DNA from: Acidimicrobiia bacterium
GTDB taxonomy: Bacteria; Actinomycetota; Acidimicrobiia; IMCC26256; PALSA-555
Assembly (NCBI GenBank): GCA_040881685.1
Contig: JBBECS010000017.1
Span: 52,957 to 116,956 of the forward strand
Length of the DNA: 64,000 bases
Reading direction: 5' to 3'
A model generated the notes under the pieces. It did no database searches and was not told where the DNA came from. It worked only from the letters and a program-made list of their open reading frames with translations. Of this stretch, positions 24,597 through 32,721 are shown piece after piece. Made by a program: the position numbers and the translations under genes. Numbering within the stretch: the stretch's first letter is position 1; each line of letters begins with the position of its first letter.

Positions 24597-25232
24597 TCAG
24601 CACATCTCGCCGACGGGCGCGCCACACGTCTCCACCGAGCGTTGCCCTTCGAGCCCACCCGAGCCCACCGCGCTCACCTGGTAGTAGGCCTTCTGTCCGG
24701 GCACGTCGACGTATGACGGGTCGCTCACGGTGGCGACGAGCGAGCCCGTCGTGCCTTGCGTGAACGTCCGGTAGATGCGGTAGGTCGCGGCCCCGGGCAC
24801 CGAGTCCCAATGGAGGCTCACCTCGCCGCTCCCACCGCCGGGCTCGCCGACGACGTTGGTGACCTGGCCGGGTGCTTGCGGAGTGGTCGGGGGAGACGTC
24901 GGCGGCGGCCCCGTGGTCGTGGTGGTGGACGACGTCGTGGTCGAGCTCGACGTGGTCGTGGTGGCGCTCTTCTTATCGTCACCACCTCCGGCGAGCAGCG
25001 CGATGCCCACGCCGACGACGATCCCGAGCACGAGGACGCCGGCCGCGATCGGCCACCAGCTCCGGCGATCGTCATCGTCGTCGTAGTCGATCGGTCCCTG
25101 CGGCGGTCTTCCGGTCGGTGGTCCGGCGGGTGCCCGGGTCACTGGCTCGGTGGCGTCGGGTACGCGCGTGGCCGGCTGTGTGGCGTCGCCCTCGAACGGC
25201 TTGGTTGCGTCGGGATCCGTCGGTCCGGTCAT
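24597..25232 (-). CDS. single-pass membrane protein with Ser/Thr/Pro-rich linker and fibronectin type III-like domain
   Basis: GGAGGG SD before ATG 25232; TM WWPIAAGVLVLGIVVGVGIALLA; TTTTSSSTTTSSTTTTTGPPPTSPPTTP linker; C-terminal GEVSLHWDSVPGAATYRIYR pattern. Confidence 0.75.
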   Translation of the reverse strand: MTGPTDPDATKPFEGDATQPATRVPDATEPVTRAPAGPPTGRPPQGPIDYDDDDDRRSWWPIAAGVLVLGIVVGVGIALLAGGGDDKKSATTTTSSSTTTSSTTTTTGPPPTSPPTTPQAPGQVTNVVGEPGGGSGEVSLHWDSVPGAATYRIYRTFTQGTTGSLVATVSDPSYVDVPGQKAYYQVSAVGSGGLEGQRSVETCGAPVGEMC

Positions 25233-25251
25233 GGTCCCTCCAAGACAACGA

Positions 25252-25527
25252 TCAAGTGGTGATGCTCGCGATTCCCCATACGAAGACGAGGAGGCCGATC
25301 ATCATGTACGCAACGCTACGGCCGACGGGCACCTGCGCCAGGTTGCCGGTGGTGGCCACTCTCACCTGCGAGCGAACCGGGCTGCCTGGTCGTGCCCGCT
25401 TCACGTCTTCGCGCGCGGCACGTTGACGATCACCGCGCCGCTTGAAGAGCGCGTACGCGTTGGCGACGAAGAGCGCAGCACCGGTCGCGGTGATGAGCTC
25501 GAGCAGGACGTCGCCGTAGAAGTCCAC
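25252..25527 (-). CDS. small two-TM membrane protein, 91 aa
   Basis: Two hydrophobic helices flanking an Arg-rich loop. Same strand as, and tightly spaced with, the flanking membrane-protein genes. Confidence 0.45.
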   Translation of the reverse strand: MDFYGDVLLELITATGAALFVANAYALFKRRGDRQRAAREDVKRARPGSPVRSQVRVATTGNLAQVPVGRSVAYMMIGLLVFVWGIASITT

Positions 25528-25569
25528 GCCGTCATGGTACGGGTGGTCGGCGGCCGCCTGCCGATCGTG

Positions 25570-26091
25570 TCAGCCACCGATGCCCGGTTTGGTCACCATG
25601 AGGATGAGGATCACGAGCGTCGCAAGATTGAGCGCGGTGCTGATGATCCCGACCTGCCTGCCGACCCGCGCGAGCTCGGCGCCCTGGGGCGGCGGGCCGC
25701 CGGCACCCGCGGGGGGCACGGCCGAGAGAAGTCCCGCCAACAAGCCCTCCACCCGCTTCAACCGCGGGAACAGCAGGGCGTGGACTGCACCGACGGCGGC
25801 AACGAAGATCACGATGGCCAGCCAGATCCACGTGTCACCGAACCCGATCACGTCGTCGCTGAGCAGCACGAGCAGGATCCCGAGGAGGAAGACCGCGTAG
25901 ATGAAGTACGAAGCCACTCTCGTCACCAGCAGGTTGGCCTGGAAGATGGCGAACCCCTCGCTACCCCCACGAGCCCGGGACTGTTGGTCGTAGATGCCGG
26001 CAAGGGCAACGCCCCCGAACCCGATGATGGCGCAGAGGATGTGCAGGACCAGCACGATGTCGTACGCGGTGTCGGAGACTGCGGCGAACAC
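25570..26091 (-). CDS. integral membrane protein, 173 aa
   Basis: Start set at GTG 26091 (VFAAVSDTAYDIVLVLHILCAIIGFGG...) preceded by GGAGAGGGAG. The longer track ORF (to 26496) runs antisense into nucS. Confidence 0.65.
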   Translation of the reverse strand: MFAAVSDTAYDIVLVLHILCAIIGFGGVALAGIYDQQSRARGGSEGFAIFQANLLVTRVASYFIYAVFLLGILLVLLSDDVIGFGDTWIWLAIVIFVAAVGAVHALLFPRLKRVEGLLAGLLSAVPPAGAGGPPPQGAELARVGRQVGIISTALNLATLVILILMVTKPGIGG

Positions 26092-26184
26092 GGCTCCCTC
26101 TCCTGTCGGCGGTGCTCGACCGCGGCATCGTAGAGGGCGACGACGTTCCGGCGAAGGAGCACTGGGTCGTGGTACAACGCGTCG

Positions 26185-26847
26185 GTGCGCCTCGTCGTCG
26201 TCGAGTGCTCGGTGGAGTACGACGGCCGGCTCGGCGCCCGGCTCCCGAGGGCGCGGCGCCTGATCGTCTTCAAGGCCGACGGGTCGATCGCCATCCACGC
26301 CGACGCGAAGGCCTACAAGCCGCTGAACTGGATGAACCCGCCGTGCACGATCATCGAGGGCGCCGGCACGATCAGCGTGACGAACCCGCGGGGTGAGCAG
26401 CTGAGGATCGAGCTCCACGACGTGCTCTTCGACGAGCAGTTCGAGTTGGGCGACGATCCCGGACTGGCCAAGGACGGAGTGGAGACCGAGCTCCAAGAGC
26501 TGCTGGCCGCCCGCGTCGCCGCTTTACGCGAGGACCTCAAGCTGGTGCGCCGGGAGTACCCGACCGATCTCGGGCCGGTGGACCTGCTGTGCCGCGACGG
26601 CGACGGACGTGCGGTCGTGGTCGAGGTGAAGCGCGTCGGCGAGATCGCCGGCGTGGAGCAGCTGCTCCGCTACCAGGAGCGCCTGGATCGTGACGGCACG
26701 CTCGCGCCCACGCTCGGGATGCTCGCGGCGACGCGCATCAAGCCGCAGGCCCGCGTGTTCGCCGAGAGCCGCGGGGTGGTGTGCGTGGAGATCGATCTCG
26801 AAGCGCTTCGCGGCGGTGCACCCGCCGACCTCACGCTGTTCGAGTGA
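26185..26847 (+). CDS. nucS: endonuclease NucS (EndoMS, mismatch-specific)
   Basis: MRLVVVECSVEYDGRLGARLP...IAIHADAKAYKPLNWM...GPVDLLCRDGDGRAVVVEVKR... Full-length 220 aa. Confidence 0.93.
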   Translation: MRLVVVECSVEYDGRLGARLPRARRLIVFKADGSIAIHADAKAYKPLNWMNPPCTIIEGAGTISVTNPRGEQLRIELHDVLFDEQFELGDDPGLAKDGVETELQELLAARVAALREDLKLVRREYPTDLGPVDLLCRDGDGRAVVVEVKRVGEIAGVEQLLRYQERLDRDGTLAPTLGMLAATRIKPQARVFAESRGVVCVEIDLEALRGGAPADLTLFE

Positions 26848-26851
26848 GGTG

Positions 26852-26884
26852 GTCGGGGGGGGGGGGGGCCCCCCCCCCCCCGAC
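26852..26884. repeat. G14/C13 homopolymer palindrome (gtc-G14-C13-gac)
   Basis: Read directly: G run 26855..26868, C run 26869..26881, flanked by complementary GTC/GAC. Sits between the convergent nucS stop (26847) and the small-protein stop (26901). Followed by hairpin GACAC-N7-GTGTC at 26882..26898. Confidence 0.9.
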
Positions 26885-26900
26885 ACGCCCTCGGTGTCTT

Positions 26901-27080
26901 CTAGAGAGCCGCCATGGAGTTCCAGAACGGCACGAAGAAAGCAGCGAACAGGCCGAGAGCGACCAGGTTCGACACCTTCTCGTGCAGCGCAACGCCTAGC
27001 GCGCCCAGCGCGAAGGCAACGATTGCAACGGCGTAGAAGATGAACGTAACGGTGGTACCAAGCTGGTCAATGGCGAGCAC
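26901..27080 (-). CDS. small hydrophobic two-TM protein A, 59 aa (paralog of 27265..27441)
   Basis: VLAIDQLGTTVTFIFYAVAIVAFALGALGVALHEKVSNLVALGLFAAFFVPFWNSMAAL. GTG 27080 with GGAAAAGGGGGG upstream. It is only the 3' end of track ORF 26901..27710. Confidence 0.6.
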   Translation of the reverse strand: MLAIDQLGTTVTFIFYAVAIVAFALGALGVALHEKVSNLVALGLFAAFFVPFWNSMAAL

Positions 27081-27264
27081 TTCGCCCCCCTTTTCCTGTG
27101 ATCCCTCTGATGAGGGCCGTCGAGAAGCGTAGAAGTGCTTCTCGACGGAAATGTGGATGGTCACGAGTTGTGACCTTCTATCGGCCGGGAAGGTAACCGG
27201 TGCGAGGATGACGCGCATCGATTCCCACGCCCCGTGGCCGGCGCTCGGCCGCGTCGGGCCCCGG

Positions 27265-27441
27265 TCAGGCGGCCGCGACTGCGTTCCAAGCTTGTACGAA
27301 CACGTACAGGGCCAGGCCGATCGCCACGAGGTTCGACAACCTCGCGTGGCTCCAGCCGACCGCGGCCATGACGAACGCCGCGAACGACAAGACGTACAAG
27401 ATCGCCGTGACCGTTGCGCCAAGTGCACTGAGTGCGAGCAT
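27265..27441 (-). CDS. small hydrophobic two-TM protein B, 58 aa (paralog of 26901..27080)
   Basis: MLALSALGATVTAILYVLSFAAFVMAAVGWSHARLSNLVAIGLALYVFVQAWNAVAAA. ATG 27441 with perfect AAAGGAGGAG SD. It is the 3' end of track ORF 27265..29058. Confidence 0.65.
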   Translation of the reverse strand: MLALSALGATVTAILYVLSFAAFVMAAVGWSHARLSNLVAIGLALYVFVQAWNAVAAA

Positions 27442-27606
27442 GACTCCTCCTTTGCACGCGAGTCCGACGGGCTCGCGTGCCGCAGGATACGAGCGCCTCC
27501 CCACGATGTGGTGGATCTCGGACGCCCCGTGCGACAGGTTCCGACCCACGAACGAAGCTGGAGTCTGCGGGCACAGACCGAGCGATCGCCGGCCGCGACT
27601 GACACC

Positions 27607-28770
27607 ATGAACGTCGTGGACCTCGCCGCGGTCGTCGCTGGAGCGTGCGACCAGGCCGGGATCGACGACTTCGGGGCGAACTCGTTTCGGGAGGGCCTCG
27701 AGAACTTCATCGGGTCGCTGAACGACGAGGCCCAGCTCTCGGAGCTGGGCGCGGTGGCGATCGAGGCTCAGATCACGAAATGCCTCGTGAACCGGCTGCG
27801 CGTCACTGCCTGGCTGAAGGAGCACCCGACGCTGCGCGACGCACCGGTCGAGCGGCCGATCATCGTGCTGGGCCTTCCGCGCACCGGCACGACCCTGCTG
27901 AGCGAGCTCTTCCACCGCGACCCGGCCACGCGGTCGCTCATGCGATGGGAGGCAATGGACTCCGTACCCCCGCCGCAGGCTGCGACATTCACGACCGATC
28001 CGCGCGTGGAGGCCGCCCGGGTGGACGCCGGCATGCTCGACGCGCTGAATCCGGGGTTCCGTGCCATCCACTACGAAGCGCCGGATGGACCGACCGAGTG
28101 CGTGGCCGTGCTGGCCCAGGACTTCAAGAGCCTGCTGTGGGAGTGCGTCGCCAACGTGCCCTCGTACGGCGAGTGGCTGCTGGCGTGCGACCAGGCTTCG
28201 GCCTACGAGTACCACCACGATGTGCTGTGCCTGCTGCAGTCGGGCGCGCCGGGGCGGTGGGCGCTCAAGACGCCGCAGCACTGCCTCGAACTCGACGCCC
28301 TGCTCGCGCGCTACCCCGACGCTCGGCTCGTGATGACGCACCGCGACCCGGTGACCGTGGTCGCCTCGCTGTGCAGCCTCGTCCGCTCGCTCTCGGGAAC
28401 GTTCAGCGACGCCGACCACGGCGCGTACATCAACGCGCACTGGACCGCGGTCGCCGCCGAGCTCGTGGAGCGCGTGATGACCTGGCGCGGCACCCACGAC
28501 GACGCCATATTCGTGGACGTCGCGTACGACGACCTCGTTGCCGACCCGATCGCCGCGGTTCGGTCGGTGTACGAGCGCGGTGGCGACGAGCTCACGCCCA
28601 GCGCCGAGTCTGCGATGCGCGGATACCTCGCGGAGCACCCACACGGAGAGCACGGCCGACACCGGTACGACCTCGACGCGCTGGGCTTGGACGCCGGGGC
28701 ATTGCGCGACCGCTTTGCCACGTATCGCAGCAGGTTCACCACGAGCGGCGCGCAAAACTTCACCGGGTGA
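27607..28770 (+). CDS. sulfotransferase-family protein
   Basis: Start at MNVVDLAAVV (ATG 27607). PAPS-binding-type motif VLGLPRTGTTLL and later RDPVTVVASL. 387 aa. Confidence 0.8.
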   Translation: MNVVDLAAVVAGACDQAGIDDFGANSFREGLENFIGSLNDEAQLSELGAVAIEAQITKCLVNRLRVTAWLKEHPTLRDAPVERPIIVLGLPRTGTTLLSELFHRDPATRSLMRWEAMDSVPPPQAATFTTDPRVEAARVDAGMLDALNPGFRAIHYEAPDGPTECVAVLAQDFKSLLWECVANVPSYGEWLLACDQASAYEYHHDVLCLLQSGAPGRWALKTPQHCLELDALLARYPDARLVMTHRDPVTVVASLCSLVRSLSGTFSDADHGAYINAHWTAVAAELVERVMTWRGTHDDAIFVDVAYDDLVADPIAAVRSVYERGGDELTPSAESAMRGYLAEHPHGEHGRHRYDLDALGLDAGALRDRFATYRSRFTTSGAQNFTG

Positions 28771-28796
28771 GGGCGGGTCGCTGGATCGTCGCGCTG

Positions 28797-29435
28797 CTAG
28801 CTCGCCGACGCGAACAACGCCGCAGGAACCGCGCGCCGCGCTTCCTCGCACCGGGGTCGAGATGCGCACCCCACGAGGTGGTCGTTCACGAGGCCGAGCG
28901 ACTGCATCGCGGCGTAGGCCGTGGTAGGGCCGACGAAACGAAAGCCGCGGCGCCGGAGCTCCTTCGAAAGCGCGGCGGACTCTTCGGTTGCCGCGGGGAC
29001 CTCGGCGAGCGTCCTCGGTGCTCGGCGCCGGGTGGCCGGCCGGGGTGCGAACGACCAAAACAGTGCCGCCAGCGATCCGCCCTCCCGCTGGATCTCAACC
29101 GTGGCGACCGCGTTGGCGATCACCGCTTCGATCTTGCCCCGGTGCCGCACGATCGCTGCGTCGCCGAGGAGGCGCTTCAACTCCTGTTTCCCGAACGCGC
29201 CAACCGTGGCCGGATCGAACATCGCGAACGCGCTTCGGAATCCTTCTCGCTTGCGCAAAATCGTGAGCCACGACAGTCCGGACTGGAAGCCCTCTAGGCA
29301 AACCTTCTCGAGGATCCGAGTGTCGTCCGTGACCGGTCGGCCCCACTCGTCGTCGTGGTAGGCCGCGTACTCCGGTGGCGCCGCACCCCACGAGCAGCGC
29401 CGGACGCCGTCGACGCCGCGCACGACATCAGCCAA
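28797..29435 (-). CDS. tag: DNA-3-methyladenine glycosylase I
   Basis: YHDDEWGRPVTDDTRILEKVCLEGFQSGLSWLTILRKREGFR... Immediately downstream of dnaB (8-nt gap). Confidence 0.92.
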   Translation of the reverse strand: MADVVRGVDGVRRCSWGAAPPEYAAYHDDEWGRPVTDDTRILEKVCLEGFQSGLSWLTILRKREGFRSAFAMFDPATVGAFGKQELKRLLGDAAIVRHRGKIEAVIANAVATVEIQREGGSLAALFWSFAPRPATRRRAPRTLAEVPAATEESAALSKELRRRGFRFVGPTTAYAAMQSLGLVNDHLVGCASRPRCEEARRAVPAALFASAS

Positions 29436-29443
29436 CGATTCGG

Positions 29444-32059
29444 CTACTCCCTCGCCATATTGGCGAACTTCACGAAGTGGTCGAGGAACGCGAGCCGCGT
29501 GACGCCGGTCGGGCCGTTTCGGTGCTTCGACACGATGATCTCGGCGCTGCCGCGCTGCTCCGACTCCGGGTTGTACACCTCATCTCGGTAGATGAAGAGG
29601 ACGACGTCACTGTCCTGCTCCAGGCCGCCTGACTCACGAAGGTCGGCCAGCATCGGGCGCTTGTCCTGGCGGTACTCGAGTTGGCGGTTGAGCTGCGAGA
29701 GCGCCATGACCGGGCAGTCGAGCTCGCGGGCGAGGATCTTGAGGCCACGCGAGATCTCCGCCACCTCGACCTGCCGGTTCTCCATGCGCTTGCTGGTGCT
29801 CGGCGTCATGAGCTGGAGGTAGTCGACCACGATGAGCCCGAGATCACCGTGGCGGGCCTTGGCGCGACGGGCCTTCGCTCGCATCTCCATGACGGTGCAA
29901 TGGGGGTTGTCGTCGATGTAGAGCGGCGTCTCGGCCAGCCGGCCGACCGCGTGCGACAGCCGGCCCCAGTCGGCTTCGGGGATGTCACCGGTCTGCAGAC
30001 GACGAGCATCGACGCGCGCTTCTCCCGCGAGCAGCCGCTTCGTGAGCTCGAGCACACCCATCTCCATCGAGAAGAACATCACCGGGCGGCGGGCGGTCAT
30101 CGCGACGTTCGCCGCGGCGCCGAGGGCGAAGGCCGAGTTGTGAACGACGACGTCGCCGGCAACGAAGTTGTGCAGCTCGGGCACGGTCAGGTCGTAGACC
30201 TGCTCGTTTCCATCGAAGTCGATCGAAACGACCTCGTCCCAATAGATGTCGGAGGAGGCGATCTTCTGAAGATCCGGGGATTCGAGGACCGTCGAGAGCT
30301 CCTCGACGATGCCCCGCCCCGGGGATCGACGTCCGACGTGCCAGTTGTGATTGCGAGCGCGCCCGGCGGCGGACGAGATCGACGCCCACGACCGTTGGCC
30401 CTTGACGGCGAGGATTCGCTGCCACGTCTCGATTGGCAGGGTGTCGAGGTTTGGGTTGGCGTAACGACCGCTCACGGCTGCACGCACTCGCTCGACAGCG
30501 GGCTCGCGCCCGAGAATGCCGATCTGGTCGCAGAAGGTGAGCAGCGATTCGTGGGTGGTGATCCCGACGCTCCACGCGGGCCGGCGACTCCCCTTGTACG
30601 CGATCTTCCGTGATCGCAAACGAGAGAGAACGCCGAAGCGAAGCAGCAGGTGCTGCACCGCCCGCGCAAGTGGCTCTGAGACCGAGCAGTACTCGATCTG
30701 CGTGAATCCGTTCTTGTCGACCCACGCCGAGCCGTCGGTCGCGAACAGCCGATTGAGGAAGAGGGCGAGGTTCTCCCGCGACAGCCGGAAGATCGCTTCG
30801 GGGATTCGCTTGTCGTGCGCCGTCTTGCCCCACACGCCGTGGCGGCGGCAGGAGTCGATGACAGGGTTGGGCGCTCCGCGCCGCGTCACCAGCCGATACG
30901 AGTATTTCCCATTCGGACGGACGGAAGCCCCGAGCTGCTCGCATTGCTCGGTCAGCTCTGCCAGCACGGCAGGAGACGCGGTTGTCATTCTCGGGCTGGT
31001 GTTCCGAAGGCAGCCGTCACCGATGAGAAACGCCAGGAGCACGATCTCGGCCTCTGGCATCGCCTCGTTTCCGAAGACAGGGATCGTCCGCGGTACCGCG
31101 ACCCGTGTGTTCACGGCCACATCTGCGAGCGGGCGCCAACCAACTGGTGTGAGGAACGGGTGGGAGGCCGTCGTGCGGATGACGCGACCTGACCGCGTCA
31201 CGACGCGGAAGACAGGCTTGACACCGTCATCGATGAATGCCGACGGGGTTGCAGGGGCGAGCTTCCAGTCGTTACCAAGCGCAAGCACCTGCCCGGACGT
31301 GCCGGCCTGGCCAAGACGATGCATCTGCTCGGCAGTTCGGAGGTCGCCAGTGGCGGCGTCGATGACGAGGGTGTCCCAGGCGACGCACTTGCCCATCCCC
31401 GGTCGTGCCGCGACCACGATCAGGTTCGACGGTTGAAGGCCAAGCAAGAGGTGGTCGAGATCGAGGTAGCCGGTCTGCACACCGGTGATCTCGCCCTCGC
31501 TCCCGTAGAGCGCCTCGAGCTGGTCCAGCGTGTCCTGCAGCGCGACCGACACACCCACCATGGACTCGGACACGCGCCGCTCCGCGACCTCGAACACGAG
31601 GGACTCGGCGCGGTCGAGCGTCTCCGCGACCTCCGATGAGTCGTCGTATCCCATCTCCGCGATGTCGCCGGCGACCGCGATGAGGCGCCGGAGCAGCGCG
31701 AGCTCGTTCACGATCGTGGCGTAGTGGCTGGCGTTCGCCGACGCCGGCGTTCCCGTCTGGAGACGCAGCAGTGTCTGGCGCCCTCCAAGCGCGTCGAGCA
31801 GCTCCGCGCGCCGGAGCTCGTCGGCGACGGTGACCGGGTCGACGGGCTCGCCCTGTCCGTAGAGGGACATCACGGCCTCGTACACGTGTCCGTGCGCGGG
31901 CTTGTAGAAGTCGCTGGCGTCGACGTGCGCTTCGGTGGCCGCCGAGATCGCGTCGCGCGAGAGCAACATCGCGCCGAGGAGCGACTCCTCCGCCTCGAGG
32001 TTGTGCGGAGGGACGCGGCCCGGCGCGCGCCGTTGCACGGGCTCTAGCGCTTGGACCAC
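29444..32059 (-). CDS. dnaB: replicative DNA helicase DnaB, interrupted by an intein
   Basis: Exteins: PPHNLEAEESLLGAMLL...LIVVAARPGMGK | SAFALGAAANVAM...DYLQLM...SQLNR...RESGGLEQDSDVV. GTG 32059 preceded by GGGGAGGGGA. 224 + 417 + 230 aa. Confidence 0.95.
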   Translation of the reverse strand: MVQALEPVQRRAPGRVPPHNLEAEESLLGAMLLSRDAISAATEAHVDASDFYKPAHGHVYEAVMSLYGQGEPVDPVTVADELRRAELLDALGGRQTLLRLQTGTPASANASHYATIVNELALLRRLIAVAGDIAEMGYDDSSEVAETLDRAESLVFEVAERRVSESMVGVSVALQDTLDQLEALYGSEGEITGVQTGYLDLDHLLLGLQPSNLIVVAARPGMGKCVAWDTLVIDAATGDLRTAEQMHRLGQAGTSGQVLALGNDWKLAPATPSAFIDDGVKPVFRVVTRSGRVIRTTASHPFLTPVGWRPLADVAVNTRVAVPRTIPVFGNEAMPEAEIVLLAFLIGDGCLRNTSPRMTTASPAVLAELTEQCEQLGASVRPNGKYSYRLVTRRGAPNPVIDSCRRHGVWGKTAHDKRIPEAIFRLSRENLALFLNRLFATDGSAWVDKNGFTQIEYCSVSEPLARAVQHLLLRFGVLSRLRSRKIAYKGSRRPAWSVGITTHESLLTFCDQIGILGREPAVERVRAAVSGRYANPNLDTLPIETWQRILAVKGQRSWASISSAAGRARNHNWHVGRRSPGRGIVEELSTVLESPDLQKIASSDIYWDEVVSIDFDGNEQVYDLTVPELHNFVAGDVVVHNSAFALGAAANVAMTARRPVMFFSMEMGVLELTKRLLAGEARVDARRLQTGDIPEADWGRLSHAVGRLAETPLYIDDNPHCTVMEMRAKARRAKARHGDLGLIVVDYLQLMTPSTSKRMENRQVEVAEISRGLKILARELDCPVMALSQLNRQLEYRQDKRPMLADLRESGGLEQDSDVVLFIYRDEVYNPESEQRGSAEIIVSKHRNGPTGVTRLAFLDHFVKFANMARE
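30137..31387 (-). mobile_element. DnaB intein (417 aa) with LAGLIDADG homing-endonuclease domain, inserted in the Walker A P-loop
   Basis: Starts CVAWDTLV right after GMGK and ends VVVHN followed by S. Block B TTASHPF. Two LAGLIDADG motifs: LLAFLIGDGC and FLNRLFATDGS. Boundaries checked against codons at 31385-31387 (TGC) and 30137-30139 (AAC). Confidence 0.9.
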
Positions 32060-32164
32060 CGCGTCCCCTCCCCCTGTCCCGGCATCGCTCGCCGGAGGTA
32101 ACCGCTGGATGCGTGAGCGCGCAGTATCCGCCGCTGCGCCTGGGGATTGGTAGAGCGATTTCCT

Positions 32165-32204
32165 TGTGGACCAAGGGCTTGGATATCCACAGGCTTGTGG
32201 ATGA
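32165..32204. promoter_or_regulatory. cluster of three DnaA-box-like 9-mers upstream of dnaB
   Basis: tgtggacca (32165..32173, reverse complement TGGTCCACA), atatccaca (32183..32191), tgtggatga (32196..32204, reverse complement TCATCCACA). Each is 8/9 to TTGTCCACA or TTATCCACA, in a locally AT-richer stretch 105-145 nt upstream of the dnaB GTG. Confidence 0.4.
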
Positions 32205-32274
32205 ACTGGTCCATGCCACGATGATCGCGGCGGGGTGTGACAGCGCGAAGGCGCTGGTCAACTGGCGTTTACGC

Positions 32275-32721
32275 CTATCCGGCGACGACCTCGACCTGGA
32301 GCGTCGCGCTCACGTCGGGGTGGAGCCGCACCGCGACTTCGGCGGCACCGAGCTCCTTGAGCGGCTCAGAAAGCTCGATCTTTCGGCGGTCGAGCTCGAC
32401 GCCGCTCTGCGCGAGCACTTCTTCGGCGATGTCGCCCGACGTGACCGAGCCGAACAGCTTGCCGCCCGCGCCCGCGCGGGCGCGAATCTCGATGCGGACG
32501 CCAGCGAGACGCACGACGACCTCCTCGGCCCCGGCGCGGTCGCGCACGTCGCGTGCCTCACGACTCCTCCGCATCGCCTCGGCTTGCTTGACGATCCCCT
32601 TCGACGCCTTGAGCGCCAGACCGCGCGGGACGAGGTAGTTGCGCGCGTACCCGTCGGCCACTTCGAGCAGGTCACCCTTGTGTCCGAGGTTGTCGACGTC
32701 TTCTCGCAAGACGATCTTCAC
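32275..32721 (-). CDS. rplI: 50S ribosomal protein L9
   Basis: [36 protein letters not shown]... Confidence 0.95.
   Translation of the reverse strand: MKIVLREDVDNLGHKGDLLEVADGYARNYLVPRGLALKASKGIVKQAEAMRRSREARDVRDRAGAEEVVVRLAGVRIEIRARAGAGGKLFGSVTSGDIAEEVLAQSGVELDRRKIELSEPLKELGAAEVAVRLHPDVSATLQVEVVAG

Noticed and set aside
24880-24990. Apparent tandem repeat in DNA (ACG/ACC/TCG triplets)
   Set aside because: It encodes the Ser/Thr/Pro-rich linker of the FN3-domain membrane protein. This is coding low complexity, not an independent repeat element or CRISPR.
27442-29058. Upstream ~540 codons of minus ORF 27265..29058, and likewise the upstream part of 26901..27710
   Set aside because: Antisense to the sulfotransferase gene and Arg-rich. 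Only the terminal 58 and 59 codons, each with its own SD and start, form plausible small membrane proteins.
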